From: Octopus sinensis | Lineage: Eukaryota | Direction of reading: 5' to 3' | Assembly (NCBI RefSeq): GCF_006345805.1 | Contig: NC_042997.1 | Span: 70,742,001-70,806,000, forward strand | Length of the DNA: 64,000 nt | Shown here: in pieces, positions 52,495 to 64,000 of the stretch | Layout: each line of letters opens with the position of its first letter | Numbering within the stretch: position 1 is the stretch's first letter | Notes under the pieces: generated by a model | Databases searched by the model: none | What the model was told of the DNA's origin: nothing | What the model saw: the letters and a program-made list of their open reading frames with translations, nothing else | Made by a program: the position numbers and the translations under genes

Positions 52495-52541
52495 ACACAC
52501 AGACTCGGGTTTCTGAGTAGTAACTCGTCATCAGTGTGTGT
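52495..52541 (-). ncRNA. Type I hammerhead ribozyme candidate
   Basis: Minus strand: ACACACA-CUGAUGA-CGAG-uuacua-CUCA-GAAA-CCCGA-GUC/UGUGUGU. 7-bp stem I, intact core, GUC cleavage triplet. Confidence 0.75.
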
Positions 52542-52682
52542 TAATCACTGTCTACCGACGAGAACTCATTCCAAACGCAAAATATATGTGAGTGACAAAC
52601 TCTCGCTGATCTATTAAAAAGAGAAACAAGCAAAATCTCTGAGCGAGAAGTAAACAGTAGACAGATATAAAGACAGACAGAC

Positions 52683-52764
<82 letters not shown>

Positions 52765-53199
52765 ATTAGGAGATATTACACGCGTAAACTATATGAAAGC
52801 AAGAGAAAATCATTTGAAGACTTTAACGTTTTTAGTTAAGTTATGCAAGAAGAAAAGGAACGTATACTGGATTGTAATATATTAATGTTTCATGGTAGCA
52901 GTTTTGAAAGTTCACATGATTCTCTTACAAAATTCACTTGGTAGTAGTGTATCGGGTTAGTATAAAGTGGTATTGTTATGATCACGTGAGTACATTAATG
53001 AGGGCTTTTTGAGTAGATTTGTCGCTGTCTCTGAAGGAGATGGATATAATTTGTAAAGTTCTATAAATAAAATTACAATAAAATAAAGGAAATTCTTTAT
53101 TAATTAGTCATAGGAGCACTATCAACAAAATCGAGTAACCAATATGCATATTTTTGTGATATATTGCGCATAGAAGCATTGCAAAAAGTAACTGATAGA

Positions 53200-53492
53200 A
53201 GCACATGGCGTAGTGTTTGGACCAGCGGACTCACAGTCGAGGGATTGCGGGTTCGAATCTCAGACAGGGTAATGTGTGTCTTTATAAGCGAAACACTTAA
53301 GCTCCACGCGGCTACGGCAGAAGGTAATGGCAAACTTCTGTTGAATCTTTCGCTACATCTTTCTCTCTCTCTTTCCTCCTGGATCTAGCAGCTCATCTGC
53401 AACGGACCGGCGTCCCGTCTATGTGGCGAAACCGGGAAACTGACGCTTATGAGCCAGGTATGGTTCGAGAAGGAACAAACAACAACAACAAC
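53200..53492 (+). mobile_element. tRNA-derived SINE with (CAA)n tail
   Basis: TGGCGTAGTG..GGGTTCGAATCTC head. Tail GAAACCGGGAAACTG..GAAGGAACAAACAACAAC. Confidence 0.75.
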
Positions 53493-54157
53493 AAATTGTT
53501 AAAGTAGAGAAATAAATGACTAAACGTCAAAGGTAGATATTATATTTTTATTTTATTCCTTTACATCATTGGTTATTCTATAAATACTCTGTTCAAATAT
53601 TTTCTTTCTTTCTGATTCAAGATCTCCCAATTCCGAGATCATTCTGACACTCTTCGACCACAGTAGATGTATAACAATAATAATGTTCATATAACTGATC
53701 ACATATACATACATTCATACATATATGCATACACATATACATACATATAAATATAAGTATATATACACAGATATATATATATATATATATGTATATGTAT
53801 ATATGTATATATGTATATATGTAATTATGTATAAATATATATGTGCGTGTGTGTGTATGTACATACAGCAGTATACATGTATATATATGTATCTCTCTCT
53901 CTCTTCCTCTCTCTCTCTCTCTCTCTCTGTATATATATGAATACACATTCATACATGCATATATCTAAATATATGCTCCCAATACACATAGATTTCATAA
54001 AGAGTTGTAAAGTACGCAATATTTGGTACATAAAATGTTCTAACAAAATAACTTTCCTTGCTTTCGCATTTTGGTTAAAGTATATTCTTGAAGCATTGGT
54101 CCAATCGAAATAAGCATGCGTATAACCTACATACATCGGCAGTGTTGATGAATCATA

Positions 54158-54211
<54 letters not shown>

Positions 54212-54421
54212 ATATATATATATTAGCATATATATTTATATACATATATACATATTTAACATAAATACATACCTACATACATATACATATAAATAACACG
54301 TCATCACCATCACGTGACCGACCAGTCCATCAGATGTAGTTACACATCGCTGGTCACAATGCGTTCGCATTGATTTAGCCTTCGAATGACACCACCCCGC
54401 TGGCTAAGCGAGTAGGCCAAC

Positions 54422-54452
<31 letters not shown>

Positions 54453-54871
54453 ATACTAATTTCATGCGGGTATTAGCCTTGGAGTTCACCCTATTAAGCT
54501 TATGCATGTGGGACGACCGTAATTTGAAGGTCGTTTGTTTTATTAACAAATATCCGAAAATCAACAAATATAAATAGGGATTTTATAATTAGATACAAGA
54601 AGAATGGAGAAACCAACATTTTTAATATATTAAATTACAATTCTTTCCTCTGAATTCAATCGCATCGATCTTGCGATATTATGCAATAATGCCAGTAGAG
54701 TGTACTGGCTACATATATTATTACATATGTGAATATATGAGATCGAATTTAGATGAATCAATTATAAATTATTGCATTAAAGAGAATGCTCGTAGTATAC
54801 GCTTTGTTTGTAATTATATATACGTACATACATATCGTACATACATACATGTGTATATGTGTATATACGTA

Positions 54872-56061
54872 CACAGACATGACAGAAGTAAATAGATGCC
54901 CCATAAAATATCGTTTTATGCATATTTTAACTTGAAAATGTTTATATTTTTTATTGATTGAAATATTTTTGGTTCAAGTTCTAAATTTGACGGTTTAATC
55001 ATGCCACATACAAAACAAGTCTTGGAACTGTTTGGATTTCAAAGAGGCTGTATTGTGAGTCCATCTCAAGGTGGACCTAGTTTCCACTTTCTACCGTTAA
55101 TAGAGTGAGAGTGTAATTCAACAAGGATGGAAAGGTGTCCACATTACCTCGCCCAGCACGCCCAGGGCCTTCTGACAGTACCCTTCACATTGTTGAGAGA
55201 AGTGTGGAGATAATTCTTATTGCAAGTCCTCTGACATAGCAGAACAAGTTGATCCCAGTCCCAGAACGCCTGTCAAGTATCACCACAAACTGGGCAACTA
55301 TGGCAGAGCAGCAGGGAGGAAGACACTTCTTCAACCAGCTAATATGAAGAGGAGAAAAGATTGGGCCAGTGAGATGGTGGAGAGGCCACTATAGCATTGG
55401 GACTGTCATATTCTCTGATGAGTCCAAATTTGCTGTATTTACTGAGTGTTCGAGTGTGGGTCTGGAGACTGTGATCATGAATTTGACAATGAAACATGGC
55501 AGCTATTCTGTGACGGTCTGGGGTGCAATTTAGAGCAAAGGTTGATCAGAGCTGGTGGAATGTGAGGGAAACATAAACGCAAATAAATATGTGTCCATAT
55601 TAGAAAAGATTCTTTCTAATTTTCTCCAGTGATGGAAACATTAAAGTATACTCTTTATTTATGGAAGTTGGGACTCCTTGTCACACGGCTAAAAGACCCA
55701 AGGTTGGTTGGAATAGAATGGCATGAAAAAGCTTCCATGGCCAAGCCTGTCACCAGATATGAACCCTATTCAACACCTCTTGGTCACAAGGAACAGAACA
55801 CCTCATAAAAAAAAAATACACAAGGCCAGATCTTTTGAGATTACTGCATGAAACTTGGCAGCAAATTCCTCAGGAGAATATTAGTCATCGGAGCAGTAAT
55901 ATGCCTAATAGGATCCTTGCATTGAAAAATGTAAAGGGTATGTCTACTGAATATTAGATATTCATATTATAATAATTGATAAACAATTTGAATGTATAAT
56001 TTCAGATTTTAATTAATTTTAACGAGTATAAGGGTGTCTATTCACTTCTGACATGTTTGTG
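54872..56061 (+). mobile_element. Decayed Tc1-like (DD34E) transposon, ~1.19 kb
   Basis: Imperfect ~28-bp TIRs CACA(G/A)ACATG(A/T)CAGAAGT. Motifs VIFSDESKF, WPSLSPDMNPIQHL and MPNRILALKNVKGMSTEY*. Confidence 0.85.
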
Positions 56062-56164
56062 CGTCGTTTATATACTTCTTAAAGGGATGACGACATCCAA
56101 ATTCCCCAGTTTTATCTAGTATATCAGTGAAATACTAGATGTTAGCCTCACATTGATGGATATG

Positions 56165-56244
<80 letters not shown>

Positions 56245-56317
56245 GGAGAGAGAGAGAGAGAGATACATACATACATATACATATACATACACACACACAC
56301 ATATATATAAATCTATA

Positions 56318-57553
56318 TCAGGTTATTAAGAATGGTATGCCCCAAGTTTGACAGTCGTTAACTCTGATGTTTTATCTTTACCATTCTTTGTTTGCAACAT
56401 TGAAGAGTTACATCACTTTTTGAAATGCAATTCTTAGTGTCTGATTATATTGTGAATTTTCTCTTGTAAATCTTGTCAATTTTTGTGAACCATGCATAGA
56501 TAAAAAAAATCGTTTTGTTTATAAATATGAGTTCCTTCGGGGAACCAATGCACCCCGGACAGCTCGAAACATCAATGAGGCATTTGGTGAAGATGTGGCG
56601 AATTAGCACACTGTACATCGATGTTTTAAGAAGTTCTGGTCTGGCGACTTTACTTTTGAAAATCATCCCCTTACTTCTGGGGACAAAGGGGAAAATGATG
56701 AGCTGGAAAATTTAGTAGAATCAGATAAATTTCAAACTATGCGTGAGCTTGCAACAAGGTGTTTCGATTCCAATATTATCAGACGATATGAAACAAATCG
56801 GCAAGGTAAAAATGCTTGACAAATGGGTACCACACGAACTGAACGAGCATCAAATGACATGTCATCTTGAAACTTGCTGTTTTTTGCTGTCACAGTATAA
56901 AAGTGAACCATTTTTGTGTCGTATTGTTACGTGTGATGAAAAATGGATTATTTTTAGAAATAGCAAGCGTTCTGCACGATGGTTGGGTTGAAACGAAGTA
57001 CCAAAGCACAATCCCCAAAAATTATTCACCAAAAGAAACGCTAATGGCATCTGTTTGGTGGTCCAGCGCAGGTGTCATCCACTACAGCTTCATGAGACCT
57101 GGTATCTCAATTCCAGTGGATGTATGCATCACCCAGCTGGATGAGATGATGAGTAATCTTGCAATTAAACAACCGAGATCGGTCAATAGACACCGGCCAA
57201 TTCTCGACGACATGTTGCACAAAGAACGCTACTCAAGTTACAGGAACTGAACTTGAAAGTACTCTGCCATTCACCATATTCATCAGACACTGCACCAATT
57301 GGCTATCATGTTTTCCAGGTATTATAGAACTCTTTGCAAGGAAAACACTTCAAATCTGAAGAAGATGCAAAAACAGCCTTTCGTGATTTCATCACCTGAA
57401 TTCTTCACTGCTTACATAAATATGCTACCGGTAAAATGGCAAAATTGTGTTGATAATTTAGGTGCATACTTTGATTAACTGCATTGCTTTTTGTTGAGAT
57501 AAATTAAAATAAATTTTCAATTAAAAATCGGACATTTCGTTCTTAATGACTTG
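56318..57553 (+). mobile_element. Near full-length inactive mariner (Hsmar1/Mos1-like), 1236 bp
   Basis: TIRs TCA(G/A)GT(T/C)ATTAAGAA with TA flanks. KWVPHELNE, RIVTCDEKWI and HSPYSSDTAPxGYHVF. Frameshifts. Confidence 0.92.
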
Positions 57554-57668
57554 ATATATATATATATATATACATATTCATCGCTAACTCTACTTACCTA
57601 TATATATGTATGTATAATTATGCATACATGCATGCATACATACATACACACATACATACATACATACA

Positions 57669-57704
<36 letters not shown>

Positions 57705-57759
57705 TATACATCCATCCATCCATGCATACATACATACACACATACATACATACATATAT

Positions 57760-57810
<51 letters not shown>

Positions 57811-57812
<2 letters not shown>

Positions 57813-57866
57813 AGACAGACAAGATGCTTTATATATGTATATATATAAAGCATCTTGTCTGTCTCC
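57811..57866. repeat. Perfect 26-bp-arm hairpin with a 4-nt loop
   Basis: GGAGACAGACAAGATGCTTTATATAT-gtat-ATATATAAAGCATCTTGTCTGTCTCC. Confidence 0.95.
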
Positions 57867-58060
57867 ACGCTATCGTTTAAGAGCTAGTTTTGCATTTCCT
57901 TGACTTCCTTTGTTTCCACATTGCTTGAATCTTGACTTGCACTCGAAGGCCAGTTGGTGTAAAATACCGAAACATCAAATATACTAATAAATCTTTATCC
58001 AACGCGATTGCCTGTCTTTATCTTAAATGTTTCAAGCCATTACCTCATATCTTTTCACAG

Positions 58061-58147
58061 GAAAAAAGATTGTTGTCAATGTGTCCTTCTTCCAAATACA
58101 TTTGCATTCACCTGGAAATACTTACACATACACATACAAACTACACT
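58061..58147 (+). other. Candidate 87-nt internal exon (unverified)
   Basis: Acceptor ATATCTTTTCACAG| and donor |GTAAGT. Length is a multiple of 3 and all three frames are open. No recognised homology. Confidence 0.3.
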
Positions 58148-58433
58148 GTAAGTATGGATGTGCGTACGTATGCATTTATGTCTTCGTTATCTGGCTTGGT
58201 TTCCAGAACGACGTTTCAAAAGAGGCTGTTCGAAGTTGTCTGCGAGGACGCTCGGCGCTGAGGAAGTCAATGCGGGACATACAGATATGAATGCAGTGGC
58301 TTCAGTTAAAGCTCTCCTCAGTATGTATGTATGTACGTATGTATGTATGTATGTATGTATGTATGTATGTATGTATGTATGTATGTATGTATGTATGTAT
58401 GTATGTATGCATGCATGCATTTATGCATGTATG

Positions 58434-58862
58434 TATTCTAAATGATTGATACGAAAGACAGAGTGTGGATAGAAAATTTACTTAGCACAATTGTTTCTGT
58501 TGACTTCTGCACTGTTACCTGGTGGGTGGGGAACGATTTAATGACATCCAATGCATCATGCAATGCAAAGGAGCCTCGTTGTGCGATAAAAAAGGCTTCA
58601 AATGCTATAAGATTTATATTTCACTCCAAACTATTATAGTTTATTCACCATAATACCATGACATCACCATCTAGCTTGGAGCGAAATGAAGGTCTTATAA
58701 CTTTTGAAGCATATTACGTCACCTAATGAGGCTTCTTCCCACTGCGAGTTGCATCTGATGTCATTACATTGTTCCCCACCCTCCAGAAGGCAACCGAAAC
58801 GATTGTTGTGCTAATTAAAGCTTTTACTTACACTCCGTCGTTCGTATCAATCATTTAGAATA
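58434..58862. mobile_element. Foldback-type palindromic MITE, ~430 bp, with diverged arms
   Basis: Arms pair along nearly their full length, for example TATTCTAAATGATTGATACG, GGTGGGGAAC..TAATGACATC and GCTTCAAA..TATAAGA. Centre at about 58635-58670. Confidence 0.8.
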
Positions 58863-59548
58863 TTCTGAACTTGCACCAAGGAATTCATTACGTAGATCCA
58901 GCAAGGAAAGCAGAGTGCCGCGAATGATGCCTGGTAGACATAAGTGGTGAAACTACTCTGCAGGCACACTAGCTAGGGTTTACCCAAACAAGGTTTGTTT
59001 ACTGCTTTTTCATACATCCTATCTAAACCTTAATTTAAATTTACATTTAACTTATATATATATATCTGTTCAAGTTTCCAAAATTTTGGGCAGATGGGAA
59101 TATATGATCTAAGCGGGTACCAATATGCACTTCTACAGATTTATAATGCTGGTTAACATACGTGAGATTATGTACCTTCCGTTGGTTGGTTTAACTATAC
59201 TTCGCACGCACACACAGACATAACACAAACATACACACACTCACACATACATATATGTATATTATAAATGATTGATACGAAAGACGGAGTGTAACTCGAA
59301 ATTTTATTTAGCACACACTTTATTTGAAATATATTATATATATCTTATTTCTAGCAATACAGGTGCTGAATAGCTCCCTTATTCGCTTTAGTGACGTACA
59401 TATTTTTGCCTTTGTGTTGAAAAGTTACTAACAAGTCACCCTTATTATTTATTATTTACACCTTTACTATTTATGAAATAATTGTATGGTTTCTATGTGA
59501 ACTTATAAGCTGAGAAGGCGAGTTCAGTGTAATCCAAGTCGCCGGTAA

Positions 59549-59600
59549 AAGATACTGACGAGCATTAATGTAAATGCGAAATCACTGGTGATTTGGCTAT
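59549..59600 (+). ncRNA. Hammerhead core candidate with weak stem I
   Basis: CUGACGA-GCAUU-aaugua-AAUGC-GAAA-UCAC-ug-GUGA-UU. Stems II and III pair, stem I is poor. Confidence 0.45.
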
Positions 59601-59849
59601 ACCCGGTCCTTAGGGAACTTGTTTCCCTTTTCAGTAATTTTCAGTTATTGTGGATATGAGTTCTTTTGACTTTTATTTCTAGAAATACTAGCGGTGAATA
59701 GTGCCCTCATTCGCTTTCGTGACGTATATATTTTTGGCTTTCGGTTGAAAAATTGATAACAACCGAAGCCGCAATTATTATATACATACATACATACATA
59801 CATGCATACATACATAATACATACACACACACACACACACACATACATA

Positions 59850-59889
<40 letters not shown>

Positions 59890-59890
59890 A

Positions 59891-60803
59891 CAGTGTACAT
59901 TTAAGCACAACACATTAAAAGGTATCCATCATAGGACCCCCTTACTCTAGAAGAAACAGCTAAAGTTCAAACCACTAATTAGGGATAAAATCTCGAAGGG
60001 AATGAAAAATAAAAACATTTACCATCTATTTCCTGGACCATGGTCTCAGATTTTTTTTTAGCAAATATAATAATTTGCCAGGCGACGTCTTCGCCAACAG
60101 GTACGCCAAGATTAAACATATAAGTACGAGGAGAATCCAGCATGTTACTCTTGCTTATACATTCTAATTTTTCAAATCCACCGTGCAAGCACTGTTTTTT
60201 GTCGGCAGCAAATACATAAATGCCGGCAGTTTCTTCGAACGATTTTCCAGAAATCTTTATACATAATTAATAATATCAGGGTAATAAAGATTTTAGAAAT
60301 TTTTACTACCAGTGGTCTAGCGTATAGAAAAATTAGTCAATAGACTATATATCATTCCTATAAAACAAAAACAATTGTTGTGCTAAGTACAGCTTCTATC
60401 CACACTCCGTCTTTCGTATCAATCATTTAGAATACATCCATATAGACTATATATTTTTCATATAAAATACAGTGTACATTTTTTTTCTGCTGCCGACAAA
60501 AAACTGCGCTTGCGCGGTGGATTTAAACAATTAAAATATATAAGCAAGAGTAACATGCTGGACACGCCTCGTACTTTATATGTTTAATCTTGGCGTACCT
60601 GTTCACGAAGACTTCGAATGGCAAATTATTTTATTTGCTAAACAAAAGTCTGAAACCATAGTCCAGGAAATAGATGGTAAATGTTTTTATTTTTCATTCC
60701 CTTCGAGATTTTATCCCTAATTAGTGGTTTGGACTTTAGCTGTTCCTTCTAGCGTAAGGGAGTCCTATGATGGATACCTCTTAATGTGTTTAAATGTACA
60801 CTG
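59891..60803. mobile_element. Tc1/mariner-type MITE with ~320-bp TIRs
   Basis: TA|CAGTGTACATTTAA...TTAAATGTACACTG|TA. Arms at about 59891-60215 and 60487-60803, roughly 85-90% identical. Confidence 0.85.
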
Positions 60804-60812
60804 TATTTCATA

Positions 60813-60865
<53 letters not shown>

Positions 60866-61331
60866 CTAACAGTAGAGGTGCAGATGTCAATGCATTACGG
60901 CCGTTGCTTGTTAAAAACTCCTTTAATTGATTAATGAATAAATTACATCATTATAAAAAAAGGCTTTTTCGTCAGATGAATTCAAATATGAATTCAGATG
61001 AACTTCAAATAAAGACATTCAATAATATTTAACATATTTTAACATCCACGGGACAAATATTTTCAGTGATTCTGCTACTATATCAGTTGACAAAATGGAT
61101 TTATCAGATTAGTGTAAAGGATTGACACCTGTATCTCTACTGTTTCTCATTTATATTTTATCCACTTTTCTCAGAATTGCCCTTCATAAACATTAAGGAC
61201 TGCGTATTTATATAATGTACATGTCTGAATAAATAGCTCAAGAGTGGATTTCTTTACTCAGCTGGATCGGATAGTCTACATATACTGCATGAATATCATT
61301 TGACAGGTACTATATATTATATATATAAACC

Positions 61332-61445
<114 letters not shown>

Positions 61446-61464
61446 TGTATTATATATAATTATG

Positions 61465-61525
<61 letters not shown>

Positions 61526-61999
61526 ATATATACACACATACTATATTATATGTATTATGTTTGTATTTATCTATATGTATGAGGAGTGACAAAATTTGTA
61601 AATGGGGCAAAATGAGTAAGGGCTGATTTCCATAATTTCTTCTTTTTGATTGCATGATGCAAAAACAAATGATGACGAGCGCCATCCTAGAAGATCATAA
61701 AGAAGGTATTAAGAACATTTTATGTTGCCATTTCAGATTCAGTCGTGTTTCATGAATTTCATATCAAGCGTCATTTTGCTATGATCCTATTCCAATTCGG
61801 ACCAGATAGTTTGTTTTTTTTTGTACTTTTTTGAATTTCTGATCTTTCTGATGTCTAAGGTTGTATATTGATGTGTATGAATCTTTTTTCAAATGTAATT
61901 TCGGAGAATTGAAGAGGCAAATTTATCTTAATTTATCTTACTCATTTTGCACCGGCTAAAATTATTATGTATATGCTCAAAGAGGAAGATAATTTTCTG

Positions 62000-62935
62000 A
62001 AGCTGTTGTTCCAGTTGTTGGCCCATTTGGATTATAAGGTACTTTTATTCTGCTACCCTCGTCTGCACCTCATGCTGGGCTGTTGGTTCATCCGATATTG
62101 CGGAGAGGAGGATTCTAGTTCCTTTTTGAAGACATCTACATCCACCTCATGCAGATTTCTTAAGTTTGCTAGCAAGTTGATGTTACCTTTGTTACAATAT
62201 AATGGTGACCAGTTTTGGCATTTGTATATTACTCAGCGTCAAAATTAGGTACTAGCCCTTCTAGTATTTTCCTTGTGTAGATTATTGCAAATCTCTCAAA
62301 CCTTCACTCCAGGAAGTAAAGCTGCAGTTTTCTTAGCCTATCCCTGTAGCTCATCCATTGCACGGTTTCAATCTTTTTAGTGTAGTGGCTTTGAACTGCT
62401 TCAAGCTTCGCTATGTGGTGACCTTGCCTGGGGGCACTAGTCCAGGCGGCTGAGAACAAAGATTCTCCACAGTGTCAACATAGTTTTTGATCTCTTGCCT
62501 TGAAAGACCTCAGTACCCATCCTGCCAGTTGTCTACACTTTGTGCATCTTGATAGCGTGCTTATAGGATGATACGTCATTGCACATACTGATCCCCAAGT
62601 CTTTTACTGACTGTAACTCTGGGATTGTAGTGCCTTCGTGTCCTATATATGTAGTCTGTAGTGCATTCGTGAGTTGATAGTGCAGTGCTTGAAATTTTCC
62701 CGCATTAAACTGCATGCTGTTTATTTCGGTCCATGTGTATATCGAATTCATATCCCGTTGTAAGCTTGCGACGTCATCTTGTTTTGTTTTTTTTATTACC
62801 TGTGATAATTTTGTATCATGGGCATAGCTAGGGAGGGCGGCTGTCCGTGTGAACGTGGGGGTGGCTAAGAGAGCTATTACGAAGAGAAATGGCTCCAGAA
62901 CAGTTCCCTGGGGGATGCCACTTAGGATATCAGTT
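62000..62935 (-). mobile_element. CR1-like LINE 3' fragment
   Basis: GIPQGTVLEPFLF, SYAHDTKL, LQRDMNSIYTWTEINSMQFNAGKFQAL, VKDLGI and RNLHEVDVDVFKKEL. Confidence 0.8.
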
Positions 62936-62979
62936 TCCTCAGAAAGAGCACTATATATATATATATATATAATTTCAAC

Positions 62980-63510
62980 AATTGAGGGTAAAATTAATTA
63001 ATTAATCAATTTCACCAAGTATTCAGTATGCAAAGGGACCATTTAAGGCGAATTCAAATTATTACATTATATAAAAGGGCTTAGTAAAATAAATTACTTT
63101 GCCGCATACTGAACTCATTAGAAATAGCAGCTAAAAAAACTTTTTTAAAAACTATTTCTGATACTTAAAGAAAACAACCTCTCTCATTAGTTTTTGCTCA
63201 ATTCAACTCACGCAATATGGGGGTAGAGACATTAAAAAATCAAGTGCAAAGGTTATTTGAGAACGTACGTTTCAAGATTAGTCAAAGTCGACATTTCTAT
63301 CATCAGCTCAGAACTCCCTGGTTTGGATTTGAAAACACTGAAAGTGGGAGCATACCCTTTCGGCTTCCTCTCGCTTCAGAAGATCTGCTCGTAACTAACA
63401 GTGCCAACAAACTCAAAAATGCAAGCGAAGAATTTCTGCTCTCCCCTTTCCACCAGCGTGGGTTAAAATCAGTAAACACTATTCTTTTTTCGGTAAAATC
63501 CGCGGCATTA
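62980..63510. repeat. Unclassified interspersed repeat, possibly a PLE terminus
   Basis: GAGGGTAAAATTAATT..TTTCACCAAGT start shared with about 28705-28800 and 51385-51480. Flanked by (TA)n. Confidence 0.45.
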
Positions 63511-64000
63511 TATATATAATTATATATATATATATATATACATTCATCCTTACATACATGTGTATATTGTGTAGCTGAGTGGAGAATAATATCATTTCGT
63601 ATGATGAACCCTGCCGTTGATTTATGGTTCCCGAAAATATTAGCATTGAGTTAGCTATGTTCGACTATAACCAAAATATGCATTAAAGAAATGGTCGTGG
63701 AGACATCTGTACTTGCTTTTGTATCAAAATTCGACAGTGAGCTTAAATTTCTGATCGATTTTTCTTTTGGATTTTCTAGTATTCCATGTGTCTTTTAGTT
63801 CAATAACGAAGATACATTCTATCAAGTGTGCAGGATTGTATTCAATATTTCAATTTTTCAGTTCGTTTTAATGTCGAAATTTTTGCTCTTCTATAGGTCT
63901 CCTCAAGTGTCGTCCAGTTGCACGTTTAAAATACTCTGAAACATAAAAATGGTCGAAATCTTCAAGTTATATTTCTTCGTACGTAAGTACACTGAGGTTT

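Overview
AT-rich, microsatellite-dense eukaryotic DNA. The SINE/LINE/mariner mix and motif style suggest a cephalopod, probably Octopus (inference, not tested). I cannot support any complete host gene. Almost every long ORF in the track is microsatellite translation or transposon residue. The window holds: (1) at least three families of R4/Dong-type restriction-like-endonuclease (RLE) LINEs whose ends sit in (TAA)n; (2) a ~560-bp ORF-less element with the same (TAA)n junctions, in 9 copies, 7 of them in a head-to-tail array at 38.7-42.1 kb; (3) RTE-BovB, RTE-X, CR1 and Penelope-like (PLE) remnants, with several type I hammerhead ribozyme motifs; (4) five or six decayed Tc1/mariner elements, MITEs and foldback palindromes; (5) tRNA-derived SINEs. 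The most interesting signal is a (TAA)n-targeted retroelement community with an apparent non-autonomous partner. It has produced nested insertions, a 1.65-kb inverted duplication whose donor can be inferred from a 16-bp target-site duplication (TSD), and a 1456-bp tandem duplication with a mappable chimeric crossover. Identities and family names were judged by eye, and element boundaries are approximate unless a junction is quoted.
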